NCBI RefSeq assembly: GCF_006345805.1
Contig: NC_043005.1
Location: forward strand, 16,926,001 to 16,990,000
DNA from: Octopus sinensis
Lineage: Eukaryota
Length of the DNA stretch: 64,000 nt
Reading direction: 5' to 3'
Positions within the stretch are counted from its first letter, which is position 1. Every line of letters begins with the position of its first letter. Under the pieces are notes generated by a model, which searched no databases, was not told where the DNA came from, and saw only the letters and a list, made by a program, of their open reading frames with translations. Of this stretch, positions 25,801 to 39,500 are shown in pieces. A program made the position numbers and the translations under genes.

Positions 25801-28800
25801 GGAAAGATGCTGAGACTTACATCAATAATCGGCGGATCTACGAGACGACCCTCCTACAACATGGGATGTTGGTACAGTTTGGGGATCATCACGTATTCAG
25901 ATTTTGTGACTCCAGATCTGATGAGGTAATAATATCTACAAATCATTTCTTTTTATCACCCTTCTCTCTTTTCCTCCTCATCCCTTCTCTCTTTTCCCCC
26001 CTTCTCTCTTTTCCTCCCTTCTCTCTTTTCCTCCCTTCTCTCTTTTCCTCCCTTCTCTCTTTTCCTCCCTTCTCTCTTTTCCTCCCTTCTCTCTTTTCCT
26101 CTTTTCTCTCTCTCTCTCCTTGCTTCTTCTTCCTTCTCTCTCTCTCTTCTTCTTCCTTCTCTCTCTCTCTTCTTCCTTCTCTCTCTCTTCTTGCTCCTTT
26201 CTCTCTCTTCTTGCTCCTTCTTCTTTCTCTCTCTTCTTGCTCCTTCCTCCCTTTCTCTCTCTTCTTGCTCCTTCCTTCTTCTCTCTCTCTCTCTTTCCTC
26301 TAACTTTACACAATATCATTCAACCATTAACAATCAAGATATTGCTATTAGTGGTCGAACAACCTGTTTGTCTTGTTTGGTGTCATTCTCAAACTGACCA
26401 AACTTCATTCTTCAGCATTTTGCAGTTATTAAGTCTAAACTTCATGTTTTTGTTGTCACAATCAAGATGTTTCATATTATTTTCCTTTTAAATTGGAATT
26501 TTAAATGTTTGATTACATTAATGGATACTGAAAATAATTTTACAGAGGCTTGGTGCCATGTGAAAGGCACCCAGGCTACTCTGTAAAGTGGTTGGTATCA
26601 GGGAAGGCATTCAGCTGGAAGAACCATGCCAAAACAGATCTTACCGGTGCCGGGCCACATAAAAAGTACCCAAGTCCACTCTGTATGGTGGTTGGCATTA
26701 GGAAGGGCATCCAGCCATAAAAACCATGCCAAAACAGACAATTAAGCCTGGTGCAGCTCTCTGACTTTCCTGCTCCTGTTCAACCCATGCCAGCATGGGA
26801 AACAGACGTTAAATGATGTTTCTAATTATTTTTGAAACTAATTACTTATTATAAACTTAACAGAAGTGTAGAGAAATAATTCAACCTCACCCTTAGTCAA
26901 TAATTCAACACCCTATCAGTTTGGCTGAGTTGGCATGCCAGGGCTGCTGACTGGCCCCCATGCCAGTGGCACGTAAAAAGCAGCATTCAAGCATGATCAT
27001 TGCCAGCGTCGCCTTACTGGCACTTGTGCCGGTGGTATGTGAAAAACAACATTCAAGTGAGGGTGTTACCAGTGCCACTGGACTGGCTCCTGTGCAGGTG
27101 ACATGTAAAAACACCACTTGAGTGTGGCCATTGACAGTACCGCCTGACTGGCCCTTTCATCCTTTTCGGGGTCAATAAAAAAGGTACCAGTTGAGTACTG
27201 GAGTTGATACAATTGACTATTCCCGTCTCCCAAAATCTCAGGCCTTGTATTATACTGGTTTTCTCATATTTGATTTTATATAAACCCCTAATGGTTATCT
27301 TACTGCATAATCAAGATAGGGACAGGAGTGTCCATTGACTGTTGGACTGCTTCTGAGAGTGATGGGTGGAAAGGAGCAAATTATGCTCAATTTATCCCTT
27401 CCTCAGCACTTTGGGATCACTTCAGACTGGGTCTTTGGATTCACTTAATCCACCTTCTTGCCAGGACGAGATTTCAAATTTTTTTCTTTGTCTAATTTTA
27501 CAACATTCTTCACAAGCTTTTCAAAAATTCTTTTTAGGTCACTTCATATTAATCCATTCGTTACCAACTCTCCTGAAACTGGCTCTGGCTCTCAGTAGAA
27601 ATGCCTCATTTTCATTAAGTTTTGAATTAAAAATCTTCCACCAAACCTTAGTCACAATTTATGTTCCTAACACTAGCTGAATGATAACTAAGTTATTATT
27701 TTACTAAATTCTTTGTTATATCTAAAGTAATTTAAAGAAACACAGAGCATCTCAAAATAAATACAGTAACGAAAGGGTTAATATTATATTCATTATCAGT
27801 TGGTTATGGTTAACAACTCTCTCACTTGCATAGTATACACAACAAAAAAGCTTTTATTTTTCCATAGAATGTTCCAGTGTTTTTTACCTTTTTTTTGAGG
27901 TGTGCTAATAGTTCCCCCCACCCAATGTTGCCATTCTCATTACTACTGCCTCCTGTTCTGTAACTTTTTAAAATGTTCTTCTTGGCAGAGACCCTCCAAA
28001 GTTTCTCGGTCTCCCGATCACAGACTGCAAAACAATCAAAGGGATTCTCAGATCAGACAATACGACCCTGAAATGGATGCTGGTACCTACTCTAAACAAA
28101 TAGAGGAAAACATTCCCCGCCATGAGAGAGCAAGGGAAGAAATGCTCAGAAAGTAAGAAATCAAATGATTGGTTGATAAATTGTGTGTGTTTGATTATGT
28201 AGTTTTTTGTGATAGACTTGGCCAGGTCAGTGCCAGATTAAATGGATTGCAGTATATTTGGGTTTGTTCTGTCCTGGGTTTTTCTTTGCTTTTTTTTTTA
28301 TTTTGTCCCATTGGTTTCTCCTTTTCTTTTTGTTCCCCTGGGATTCAACTTTTTGCCTATAAATTTGTCTTGTGCTAATGTAAGAAATAATTATTTAATG
28401 ATGGAAATAGATGAAATGATGGTAGCAGACTACATATGTTATTTCTTTTTCCAATTTAGTCCTTGTCATCCTAAGTTCAAATCATTCCACATACACGCAC
28501 TTGCTTTTCAATCTTTTTTTTTTTTTTTTATCAGTAAATTAAACACTTATTTTTACCACAAATCAGCTTTGTTCCTATAATCAAAAATGTCTTGTGTGTG
28601 ATTTAGAAATAATGTATCTAGGATTGCATTATTCATTTTCTTTTCTTCTAAGACGGTAGGGATAAGATTTTGCTGCTGGTCAAGAAATTAATTGGTTATG
28701 TTGGATGAAGGTAAAGACTCCCGTTGGTCATGAATGATCATAGGATTGCTCCTAGAAAGTTCCCCTTTAAAGTACAAATCCGGGAAAGGGTGTTTATAGA

Positions 28801-30506
28801 AGACCAGCAGTCGCCCATGCACACCAGTCTCATCTCTCCATGTCACTGATGTTATCCAAGGCCGATACATTTTGGCACCAGTGACTTCAAAGCTCATTTC
28901 TAAAGTTGCGTGAACTGGAGCAACATGAAATAAAGAGTCTTGCTCAAGAACACAACACAGCCTGGTCCAGGAATCAAACTCACTACCTCATGATTGTGAG
29001 CCCACCACTCTAACCACTGAGCTATGTGCCTTTATGTTGTATGAAATGCTATACCATCCAAACTATATATAATCACCCATCCTTTAATCTATTGTACGAA
29101 TACTTCCCTCTGTCAACACCAAGTCTCTTAATGGATATTGGATGAAAACATATACTTAGTGTCTACCAATGATTGACAGTATTTGAGAGTTTCTATTATA
29201 AAACAATGTAGATTCTATAGACTCGTCTTGAAACATGCCATTTGAAGGCATCTAATAGAATCGAGTCTTTTTGTTGGCACAGCATAAATTCCACTTGTTT
29301 TACTCTGTTTTGTTTCTTTCTTAAAGTGCTCCCAACTCCATTACTCATAGCCCAGCACGGCAGCCAACACCTTCAGGAAAAATTGGTGATGAAGTACTTC
29401 CTGCTGCATTAGAGTTCCGTGAAGATGGTAAATATATTTTCTTAAAGTTTTGTTAAATTTTTACCTCAGAAGGTGAAGAGAATATTTTTGGGTTATGTGT
29501 ATTGTTTGTTGTTTGCATCAATATGGCGTGTGCATCTTATACATGTACTTGTACATTGTGTGTGGATGTTCTGAGAAAGCAGGGTTGTGGGCACTGGATT
29601 TTTTCCTCTGGTTGAACCATTTTAAAAGGGTAAAAAAAAGTAGCGCAGTTATTTGGCTTAAAATGATCAATTTTGATATCATCATCAAACATTTGTTCCA
29701 TGCTGGCATGGGTTGGACATTTTAAATGATGCTGGTAAGCTAGAGAGCTGCACCAGGCTCTGGTCCGATTTGGTATGGTTTCTATGGCTGGATGCCCTTC
29801 CTAATGCCAACCAATATCTATAAAACAAGAATCTTCCCCTGGATAAGATGCTAGTCTATTACGGGATTGGCTTTCTTTTTTTTCCCTTGCCAAAACAAGC
29901 TCAATAGTGCCAGCCATCAATTTTACTTGTCACAGTTATGCTTAGAACTAGGTGAACCTCATCATGGGAGATGTCTTGCCTCCTGAATATAAAGTTGCGT
30001 CAGTGACAGATTTGAGATGTCAGTACCACGGATGAAGGAAAATTTCAAGAAATACGCAATGTATGAAGGAGATGAAACATCGATTTATATTGGCGATGGG
30101 TTCAGTAAATATTTTAGCAGGATGATATGCTGGATAGCAGATATCTGTGAGTTGTTGGGGGAAGACACTGATATATGAAGTAAAACTGAAATGACTTAAG
30201 AAGTGATTACCTCTACATTAGTATTCATTGATTATGCTAGATCAATGTGCTTCATCCAGAAAGATATATTGGAAACAGGCATAGGTGTGGCTGTGTGGTA
30301 AGAAGTTTGCTTCCCAACCACATGGTTCCAGGTTCAGTCCCACTGCATGGCACCTTGGGCAAGTGTCTTCTACTATAGCCTCAGGCCGACCTTGTGAGTG
30401 GATTTGCTAGATGGAAACTGAAAAGAAGCGTATTGTATGTGTATATATATTGGATAACTGATATCCCATAGTGGGTTACCCCCATAACCCCTATCTTACT
30501 TTGTAC

Positions 30507-30541
<35 letters not shown>

Positions 30542-33500
30542 ATATTTGTGTGTTTGTGTCTGTTTGTCCCCCCCACTATCACTTGATAACTGGTGCGTTT
30601 ACGTGCCCAGAACTTAGCGGTTTGGAAAAAGAGACCAATTGAATAAGTCCAGGGGTTGATTTCTTTGACTAAAAAGGCAGTGTTCCAGTATGGCCACAGT
30701 CAAAATGACTAAAACAAGTAAAAGAATAAAAGAATATCAGTGAGGAAATGGCTAATTACATGGTGCTAATGATAATTATGATTATTATCTCCATAATGAT
30801 TGGCTTAAAATGATTTTAAAATATTCCATAACAATACCGGATGGTAGTGGGTTTGTATTTTCTTTCTAAATGGACTTTACCAAAGAAAGAATTTTTAATA
30901 TTCTTTTCCAAAGTAAGGTAGTGAGCTGGTGGGCAAAATGCTTGGAGATATTTTGTGTGTCTTCACATTCTGAGTTCAAATTCCACTGAGGTCAACTTTG
31001 CCTTCCATCCTTTCAGGGTTGATAAAATAAGTACCAGTTGTTCACTGGAGTCAGTGTAAATGACTTATCCCCACCCCTAAAATTGCTGGCACCTTGTGCC
31101 AAAATTTGCAACCAATATTTTACAAAGTATTGAATGGCAGACTCAGTAGTGGACAAAAATGCCTTGTGTTAAATCTGTGTTCAACATCTCCCTTCATTTG
31201 CCTGAATTTATTAAAATACATACTAGTCAAGTACTGGTGGCAGTTCAATTAATTAAACCCTTTGGCATTAGCAGCGGCATTTTATATCATGTGTCCGATA
31301 ATTTCTTTGGTTTCTTCTTGACCACTTCTTCCCCTCTGTCCATGCTTATTCCTCTGATGACTGAGCTACAAATGCAAGTTTGTACCAATTTGGAATATTC
31401 TAATTACACACACAGGGGCATATGAATGTGAGAACAAGGTGGAGAAACTTAGCAACAGTTAATTATCAAATGGATTCCATCAATTTTGAAATGTGACGAT
31501 TCCTTGCCCAATCAAGCTTGAACCTTTATTTACCAACTGGTTCATTGCAGGATTTAAAAAAAAACTTTATTTCTGCTAAAAGTTCACTTCTATCTGATGG
31601 TCAGTTATGTGAAATTTGGAGTAATAGTTTTTCTACTACAATAGACCTCTTTCTTTCTCTCTTCCCTTTTAATTTTGTTGGTAATTTTGTTTTTCAGCAC
31701 AAACCCCATTTCTATCAGAACTTATTCCAAATGTGAAATGCAATGCTGTCCAGTTCAAGTTGGCACCAACCTACACCTTGTATTTAGCCATACGTTATCG
31801 ACTATCCAATATCTATCGACCAGAAATAGAACCAGCTGAACGGGCTTTACGGTTGACTAATTTCATTAACAAGATGTCTTCTTTGATCCAACAAACTATT
31901 AAGGTAAATTAACTATAATTCATCATATACCGTATCTACTTGTGTAGATATTTTATACATGATTTAAATTCATCATCATCATCGTTTAACGTCCATTTTC
32001 CATGCTAGCATGGGTTGGACGGTTCAACTGGGGTCTGGGAAGCCAGAAGGCTGTGCCAGGCCCAGTCTGATCTGGCAGTGTTTCTACGGCTGGATGCCCT
32101 TCCTAACGCCAACCACTCCGTGAGTGTAGTGGGTGCTTTTTACGTGCCACCTACACAGGTGCCAGACGAGGCTGGAAGGAAATTATGAAAATAAATTATG
32201 TACCAAGATTTAAATTAGGGCTGCAATTTATGCAAATAAATATGGTATTTAGACTGAAGTTGTCTGTTCTGTACAGGCCTCCTCTTACTGTTTTCTTGTG
32301 AAGTCCTCTTCACAGCACTTCATTTTGTCCAGGAGGGAGGGTAAGTTCTTTCTGTATGCTCATATCATTGTTGTCATGGATACCAAAAGATAATTGACAG
32401 AATTAATTGAGGGCCACACAAAATGCTCTACATTGTTTACCTGATGATTCTTTTTGTTTTTCTGTTCAAATTCCGTTACTGTTCACTTTGCTTTCAACTT
32501 ACTGGAGATTGTATTAAAATTCTTAATAAAAATTTTTTGTGAGTTACTAACATCCTGTCCCTGAGAAGATTCGTCTCTCATCAGTTTAATTACTTCAGGA
32601 ATTGTGACCCATTATGGAGTGAATGAGTCTAAATTACGAGATTCTCACATATGATATTTTTTCTAACCGATTTATAATATTTGTGAGGTTAGCATACTAA
32701 CTATATAGTCATAATTTCAAATCTTTCTGCTCCAGTTATTGTCTTGTAATTTAGGAGCAGCCAAAACTTTGGTCTCTTTGACTAATGAAAAAAAAAATAG
32801 TTTGCCGTTAAAACGTTAGTGATAGGAAGGGCATCCAGGTATAAATACAAATTCTCTATGGAGAAAAATCATCTAACTCATGCAAACAAGAAAGTGGATG
32901 TAAAACTGATGATAGGAAACATAGTAAGGGACATTACTTCGTTTATGTCAGTGAGGCACCTAGAGTTATGTACCTTGCTCAGGGGTACAAACATGGTATA
33001 AATTACAGGGTCAATTTTTTAACTTTGGCACGGTGCTATCAGTTTATATAAAGTGGTAAGAGGTACGTGTAGACGAATGATATTGGTATATATTTCATGT
33101 CACAAATCAAAATAAACCTTGTTGGGATTTAAATTTAGAATATACAGAGGTGTAAATACCACAAAACCTTTTACCAATTTCCCTTACCAATTCTATCAAT
33201 AACAATATTTTAATTCATGACTATTGTCAGTTTGAAACACATTATTATATTTATTACAAGGCGATGAGCTGGCAGAATTGTGAGCATGACGGGCAAAATG
33301 CTTACCAGTATTTCGACTGCTGCTATGTCCATCATCATCGTTTAACGTTTGTTTTCCATGCTAGCATTGGTTGGATGGTTCGACCGGGGTCTGGGAAGCC
33401 AGGAGGCTGCACCAGGCTCCAGTCTGATCTGGCAGTCGCTTAACGTCCGTTTTCCATGCTAGCATGGGTTGGACAGTTCGACTGGGGTCTGGGAAGCCAG

Positions 33501-36500
33501 GTGGCTGCACCAGGCTCCAGTCTGATCTGGCAGTGTTTCTACAGCTGGATGCCCTTCATAATGCCAACCACTCTGTGAGTGTAGTGGGTGCTTTTTCTGT
33601 GCCACTGGCATGGAAGCCAATCAAAACGGCGCTGGCATCAGCCACGTTTGGCTTGTTCTGAGTTCAAATTCTGCCATGGTCGACTTTGCCTTTCGTCCTT
33701 TCAGGGTCGATTAAATAAGTACCAGTTACACACTGGTGTTGATGTAATCGACTTAATCCTCTCCCCCAAGCTGCTCTTATGGTAAAAAGTTGAAATCATT
33801 ATTATACTTATTACAATTTTAACTTTGTAACTCATTAATTAGCAGTGGTGTTCAAAGTTAGTGTAATTTCTTGTAAAACTAGATTAAATGTTTCCTTTTT
33901 TTTTTTCCTTATCTTTTTTTAGGAGAAGAGTGAGGACCCAGCATCACTTGCATTTTGGATGGCAAATGCATCAGAAATCCTAAATTTCCTCAAACAAGAC
34001 CAAGATATTCGACTATTCAGTCGCGAAGCACAAGACATTCTGGCAGAATCTGTCCAAATGGCATTCCATCATCTTGTGAACTGTTTACATTTTGACCTCA
34101 GTCACACGATGCCAGCTTTCGTAAATGATGATGATTCTGTGGAGGATGATGATTTTAGTGTTCCAGGTAGGTACTTGGTGGGGGTTTGAAAACGCGAAAG
34201 GTGAGGCTGAAAGCATGAACGTGTAAAAGATATCGAAGGAATGTGTCTTTGCAATCAAGCATAAAAGAAAACTTTGTATTTTTTTGGTTAGGAAACCTAG
34301 TATATTTTTAAGGGATGAAAGGGTGAGTTTAGGGGTAAGGTTATGAGTGAAAGGTTAGCATAAGTATTATTTATCCTCTCCTACCCCTACTCAGTTCTGA
34401 TTAAGTAAACTTTTATAATCTGTAATGTTGCAGCCAGCATTTTTTATTTTTTTATTTTTAGAGGACTTATAAAATATGTCCTTGATGTAGATTTAGCTGC
34501 TATTTTTAGCAAGCTATCCACTGTGTAGTGGTTCTCAGTTTTGTTTTATTTTTCACGGTGAAAGGTTGTTTAGATATTTTTAGAGGTTAAAGATTGAGAT
34601 TGTGATTTTGAACATTTCTGTTAGACAATGTCAAAAAGTTAATGACATTCTTCAGAATAAAATTGGATCCTCTTGCATCCCAGAATCCATTTTACTATCA
34701 CATACTGATGCTTCTTGGGAAGCATTTATCTTGCTTCTAAGACCTTTTTAATGTAGCAGCTCCAAATTCTCACTAAAAAAAAAAAATGTCTTACAGTCTC
34801 CAAAATGAAGATCAATTATCTTTTATTTAACCCTTTAGTGTTCGCATTATTCTGCCAAAATTAATCCTTTTTTATCCACATTGCTTTGAACTAATCATGC
34901 ATTATCTTGTAGCTATGAGATTTTGATGAGGTAACTGTTAACTTTTAAAATGATATTGTAGGGTTAGTGTGAGAGACCAGATCTGGCCAGTTTGAACATA
35001 AAACAGGCAGAATACTTTTGGCCAGATATGGCCGGTTTAAATGCTAAAGGGTTAAATCTTAAAATTAGAAGACTTAGAATAAAGATGGAATGGCCATGAC
35101 TGGACATGGCTATCAAATATTTTGTTTGGTCTGTTAAGACAACCAAAATAAGTCAACAGCTGTGTTAAACAATTGATTTAAACTGATGACATACGTTGCT
35201 TAATTTTGTAAATTAATTTTCTTAGTCTGTTGAAGTGTTCATCTCCAGCTGCGTATGCATCTCTCATGGTTACAAATCAACCATAGATGGTTACTAGCCT
35301 AGAAAGTGAAAACTAGTGGAGAGAGCTAGGATTGAACTTGGGAATTTGTTGGCATATACATGTTCCTATAATGTTAAGAATTCAATCATGTGTGGTCCCT
35401 AGGTTAGTCACCAGAAAACTGACATTTATGGACTTGGGATTGAACTTGTGATCTTGTTGTTTATGCCTCTGATTCCAAAATTAATTCCAAGGAAATTAAC
35501 GAGGAAGGGAAACATTTATTAGACTATTGCCTGCTCTTTCACCTGAGCAGCCACACACATGATGAATGTAGGTGTTAAATGGACAATGAATCTAATCCAA
35601 TGTTGAACTAAGTTCAGATCTTACTCTGTGGTGCTCACCACTAACTCAGAAATAATCGTAGGAAATCTTACCCTTTTTTTTTTTTTTTTTTGTTCCTTTA
35701 TATTTAGTTATTTGATTTGAGGAAAAACATACTTTGAACCCTTGATTTAATTGTTTCTCTTCGTTGCTAAAATTCCTAACAAATATAATTTCTTTTCCTA
35801 ATGTCATGTGATTTCAGAAACTGGCTATCGGCAGAAAGCGCAGCCGACACTTGGTGATGTCCTCCGCACATTGACGGCTGCCATGAACCTTCTGCGACGG
35901 TGCCGTGTGAATGCAGCACTCACAATCCAACTGTTTTCTCAGCTCTTCCACTTTATCAACATGTGGCTGTTCAACTTGATAATTCAGAAGCCACAGTTCA
36001 ATCTCTGCACTCGCCGATGGGGCATTATACTGAAGCGTCGACTTGGTAAAGTGGAAGCATGGGCCGAGAAGCAAGGACTGGAATTGGCTGCTGATTGTCA
36101 CCTTTGTCGTATCATTCAGGTATGTTCTGCGAATTCTTAACTTACAGATTGATTTCTATAGCTCTTGATTCAACTATCACCACACAATTTCTCTGTGTGT
36201 GTGTGTGCATTCTAATTCCATCAGTAACAGTTTCATCCTTGGTCAAATGGTCCAGAACTGAATGCAATATATGGTAGTACCTCGGTTTTCAAACACCTGA
36301 TCACAAATAAATCATGCTTTATCTCCTTTCTCATACTCGTTTAATACAATAGTATCTCAGTTTATGAACACCTGATCACAAATCGTGCTTTATCTCCTAT
36401 CTTATATTCATTGTTTATGGACACCTCTGATCACGAATAAACCGTGCTTTATATATATAAAGTTGCTTGACAACTGATGTTGGTGTGTTTATGTCCCTGT

Positions 36501-39500
36501 AACTTCGCGGTTCGGCAAAAAGAAACTAATAAGTACTAGGCTTACAAACAATAAGTCCTGAGGTCGATTTGTTTAACTAAAGGCAGTGCTCCAGCATGGC
36601 TGCAGTCAAATGACTGAAACAAATAAAAGAAAGAATATGTGCTTTATGGGCTTCAGTTAGGATTCCATCTGCTAAATTCCACTCATAAAATATTGATATA
36701 CCCAAGTCTGCAGAAGAAGCTTCATGAAAGCAGAGGACTGGAACTAGAAACCAAAGACATTGCAAAGTAAAATTCTTAGCCACATGGTTATACCTATAAA
36801 AATTATATATTAACAGATAATGTTAATATAAAATACCGTTGAACATATACATACATAAACCCTTTTTTGCCAAAGGAAGTGCAATTTTTCCATTCTGCTC
36901 TACACACTACTCAGACATGTGTATTGAGCACTTGTTTTGTGTGTTTCTTGACCACACAGTCATGTCTGTGCCTATATTAAGATAATTGTAGTGACACCAT
37001 CTTAGAAATCTCCAGCACTCATGCGCAGAGTTGGAGTCTTCTGGGAGGCCTGCCGGAAGTTCCCTCATGTACATGTGCAGAAAACTAGCTGCAGCAAAAT
37101 TCCCTCGTGTCGTTCTCTCGAACACCAGCAGTTGAATAGGACAGTTGCGTTTTATCAGCTCTCTCAGGCTGCTACCTCGTAGTGTAATCTCCGCTATGCT
37201 GGAACGGACAGGATTTGGCTCATTCCACTTGACTACTGCGATAAGCTCCTAGGCTGCCGATTCGCCCAGAAAGAAGAAATGTATATATTTCGAATCAAGA
37301 AATAAATATTTATACTGTTGAAGTTAATCAGAAGTCTTAACTCTTTCCTTTGATTAATATTTTAATGTAAAGGATGCGAGCTGCACCCATCCAGTGTGGG
37401 GACCTCTCATCCTGCTACATAATCTTTTAAATTTAACCCCTTAGTGTTTAAACCAGCTATATCTGGCCCTGATATTTTACTTGACTTATGTTCAAACTGG
37501 CTATATCTAGCCTCTCACACATACCCTACAGTGTTATTCTGAAAATAAGTAACCATATCATTGACATCTCAAAGCCACAAGATAATGCAGGATTAATTCG
37601 AAACAATATGGATAAATAAGCATTACATTTGACAGTAATCATCATCTTCATCAAAGGGTTACACAAAGCTAAGAGTATAAATAAGGCTAACAGCATATGT
37701 GAAGCGTAGTTGTCATGTAGCAGGAAAATGCTTTCATGTGTCCTCTTATAAAAGGGTAAAGACCCCCTTCGGTCATGAATGACCATGGGATTGCACCTAG
37801 AAAGTTACCCTCCTAGACACAAGTCTGGGCAAGGTTGTTTATGGAAGACCAGCAGTCGCCCATGCATACCAGCCTCCCCTCTCCACGCCACCAGTGTTAT
37901 CCAAGGGAAACACAAAGGTCGATACAGCTTGGCACCAGTGACGTCGCAACTTATTTCTACAGCTGAATGAACTGGAGTAACGTGAAATAAAGTGCTTTGT
38001 TCAAGAACACAACATGCAGCCCGGTCCGGGATTCGAGCTCACAACCTCACGATTGTAAGCTCGACGCTCTAACCACTGAGCCATGCGCCTTTATATATCT
38101 ACTTATATTGTTTCATTTAAATCTAGTCATGTGTTGTGGTTGAATATAGCTTTCAATAGTAACAAATTATTTAATTATATATTCGATGTAATCTTTAATC
38201 CTTTCATGACCATATTTTTAATGAAATACATTGCCTGCATGTTTCAATTAATTTAAAAGATAACTGGGAATTTAGAAGGATTAGTAAATTAACTTTGTAG
38301 TTATCAAGCAGGTGTAAAACGCAATGGACTGGCAGAAAAGAGAAATATGCTTTGCAGTGTTTGTTCTAGGTCTTTATGTTCGGAGTTCAAATCCTGCCAC
38401 GGTCAACCTTACTTTTCATTCCTCTGGAATTGATAAAATAAAGTATCAGTGAAGAATTAATGAAATAAACCCTTCTTCCCCAATCAAAAAATGGGAAAAA
38501 AATGCTTGAATTGTTGTGATTTGTCCAACATAACTTAAATGCTTTTCTTTTATGTATCATTCACAGGCTGCACACTTACTGCAGGCGCCAAAAAACAACA
38601 ATGATGACATTGCAAACATCAGTTCTACCTGCTTCAAGCTGAACTCACTCCAAATCCAAGCCCTCTTACAGAACTACATCCCAGAGGATAATGAGCCTCG
38701 CATCCCTCAATCACTGATTGACCGTGTTGTGACTGTTGCCAGGAACATGGCCGATGACTTGGCCCATTCTGACGGCAATGAAATTAAACTGGAAGAAGAC
38801 CGAGAGCTGCAGTTACCATTTCTGCTACCAGAGGATGGTTATTCCTGCGATATCATCCGAGGTGTACCAAATGGCTTACCTGATTTCCTTGAAGCGTTTA
38901 TCAGGAATGGGGTTTGCCGTTTCACACCTCAACCCAGTTCTAAAGGTCTGTGGACTGTATATATGGTTGGATTAGACCAGCAAGGACCAAGACTTAATGA
39001 GGTAAGAATTCTCTCTTCTATGTTCATCATCATTTAATGCCCGTTCTCCCTATTAGCATGGGTTGGATGGTTTGATAGGAGCTGGCCAACTGGAGAGCCT
39101 ACCCAGGCTCAGTGTCCTTCCTAATGCCAACCACTTTACAGAGGGAATTGGGTGCTTTTACTTGGAATCATGGATCTTTAAAACATTATTGCTTGGTTTA
39201 AGTTCCCCTGGTATGGTTTTTATGGATTTGATTTAGATGGAGATAAGTTGTCCATAGCTTGTGAAGGACTGACCGAAGTTAAGTGTTGGGAGTTTTGGAA
39301 CAAAAATAGTCAATGAAGCGGGTGTTGTATGTATTTGCTATTGAGAATTCATGGAAGAAGTTTTGTGGGAATATTTGGATTTCACAAGCGGTCCCCAACA
39401 ATCCCACATATAGAGACATCCTGTTTGCCGCTGATTGTCCGCAGACGCAGGGACAGAACGACTGAGGAGCTGCCGGTTGCCGAAACAGACACTCTGAGGA

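Noticed and set aside
37990-38091. tRNA genes at SINE heads (also 7266, 50765 and others)
   Set aside because: Only A/B-box remnants continuing into SINE bodies; no complete cloverleaf.
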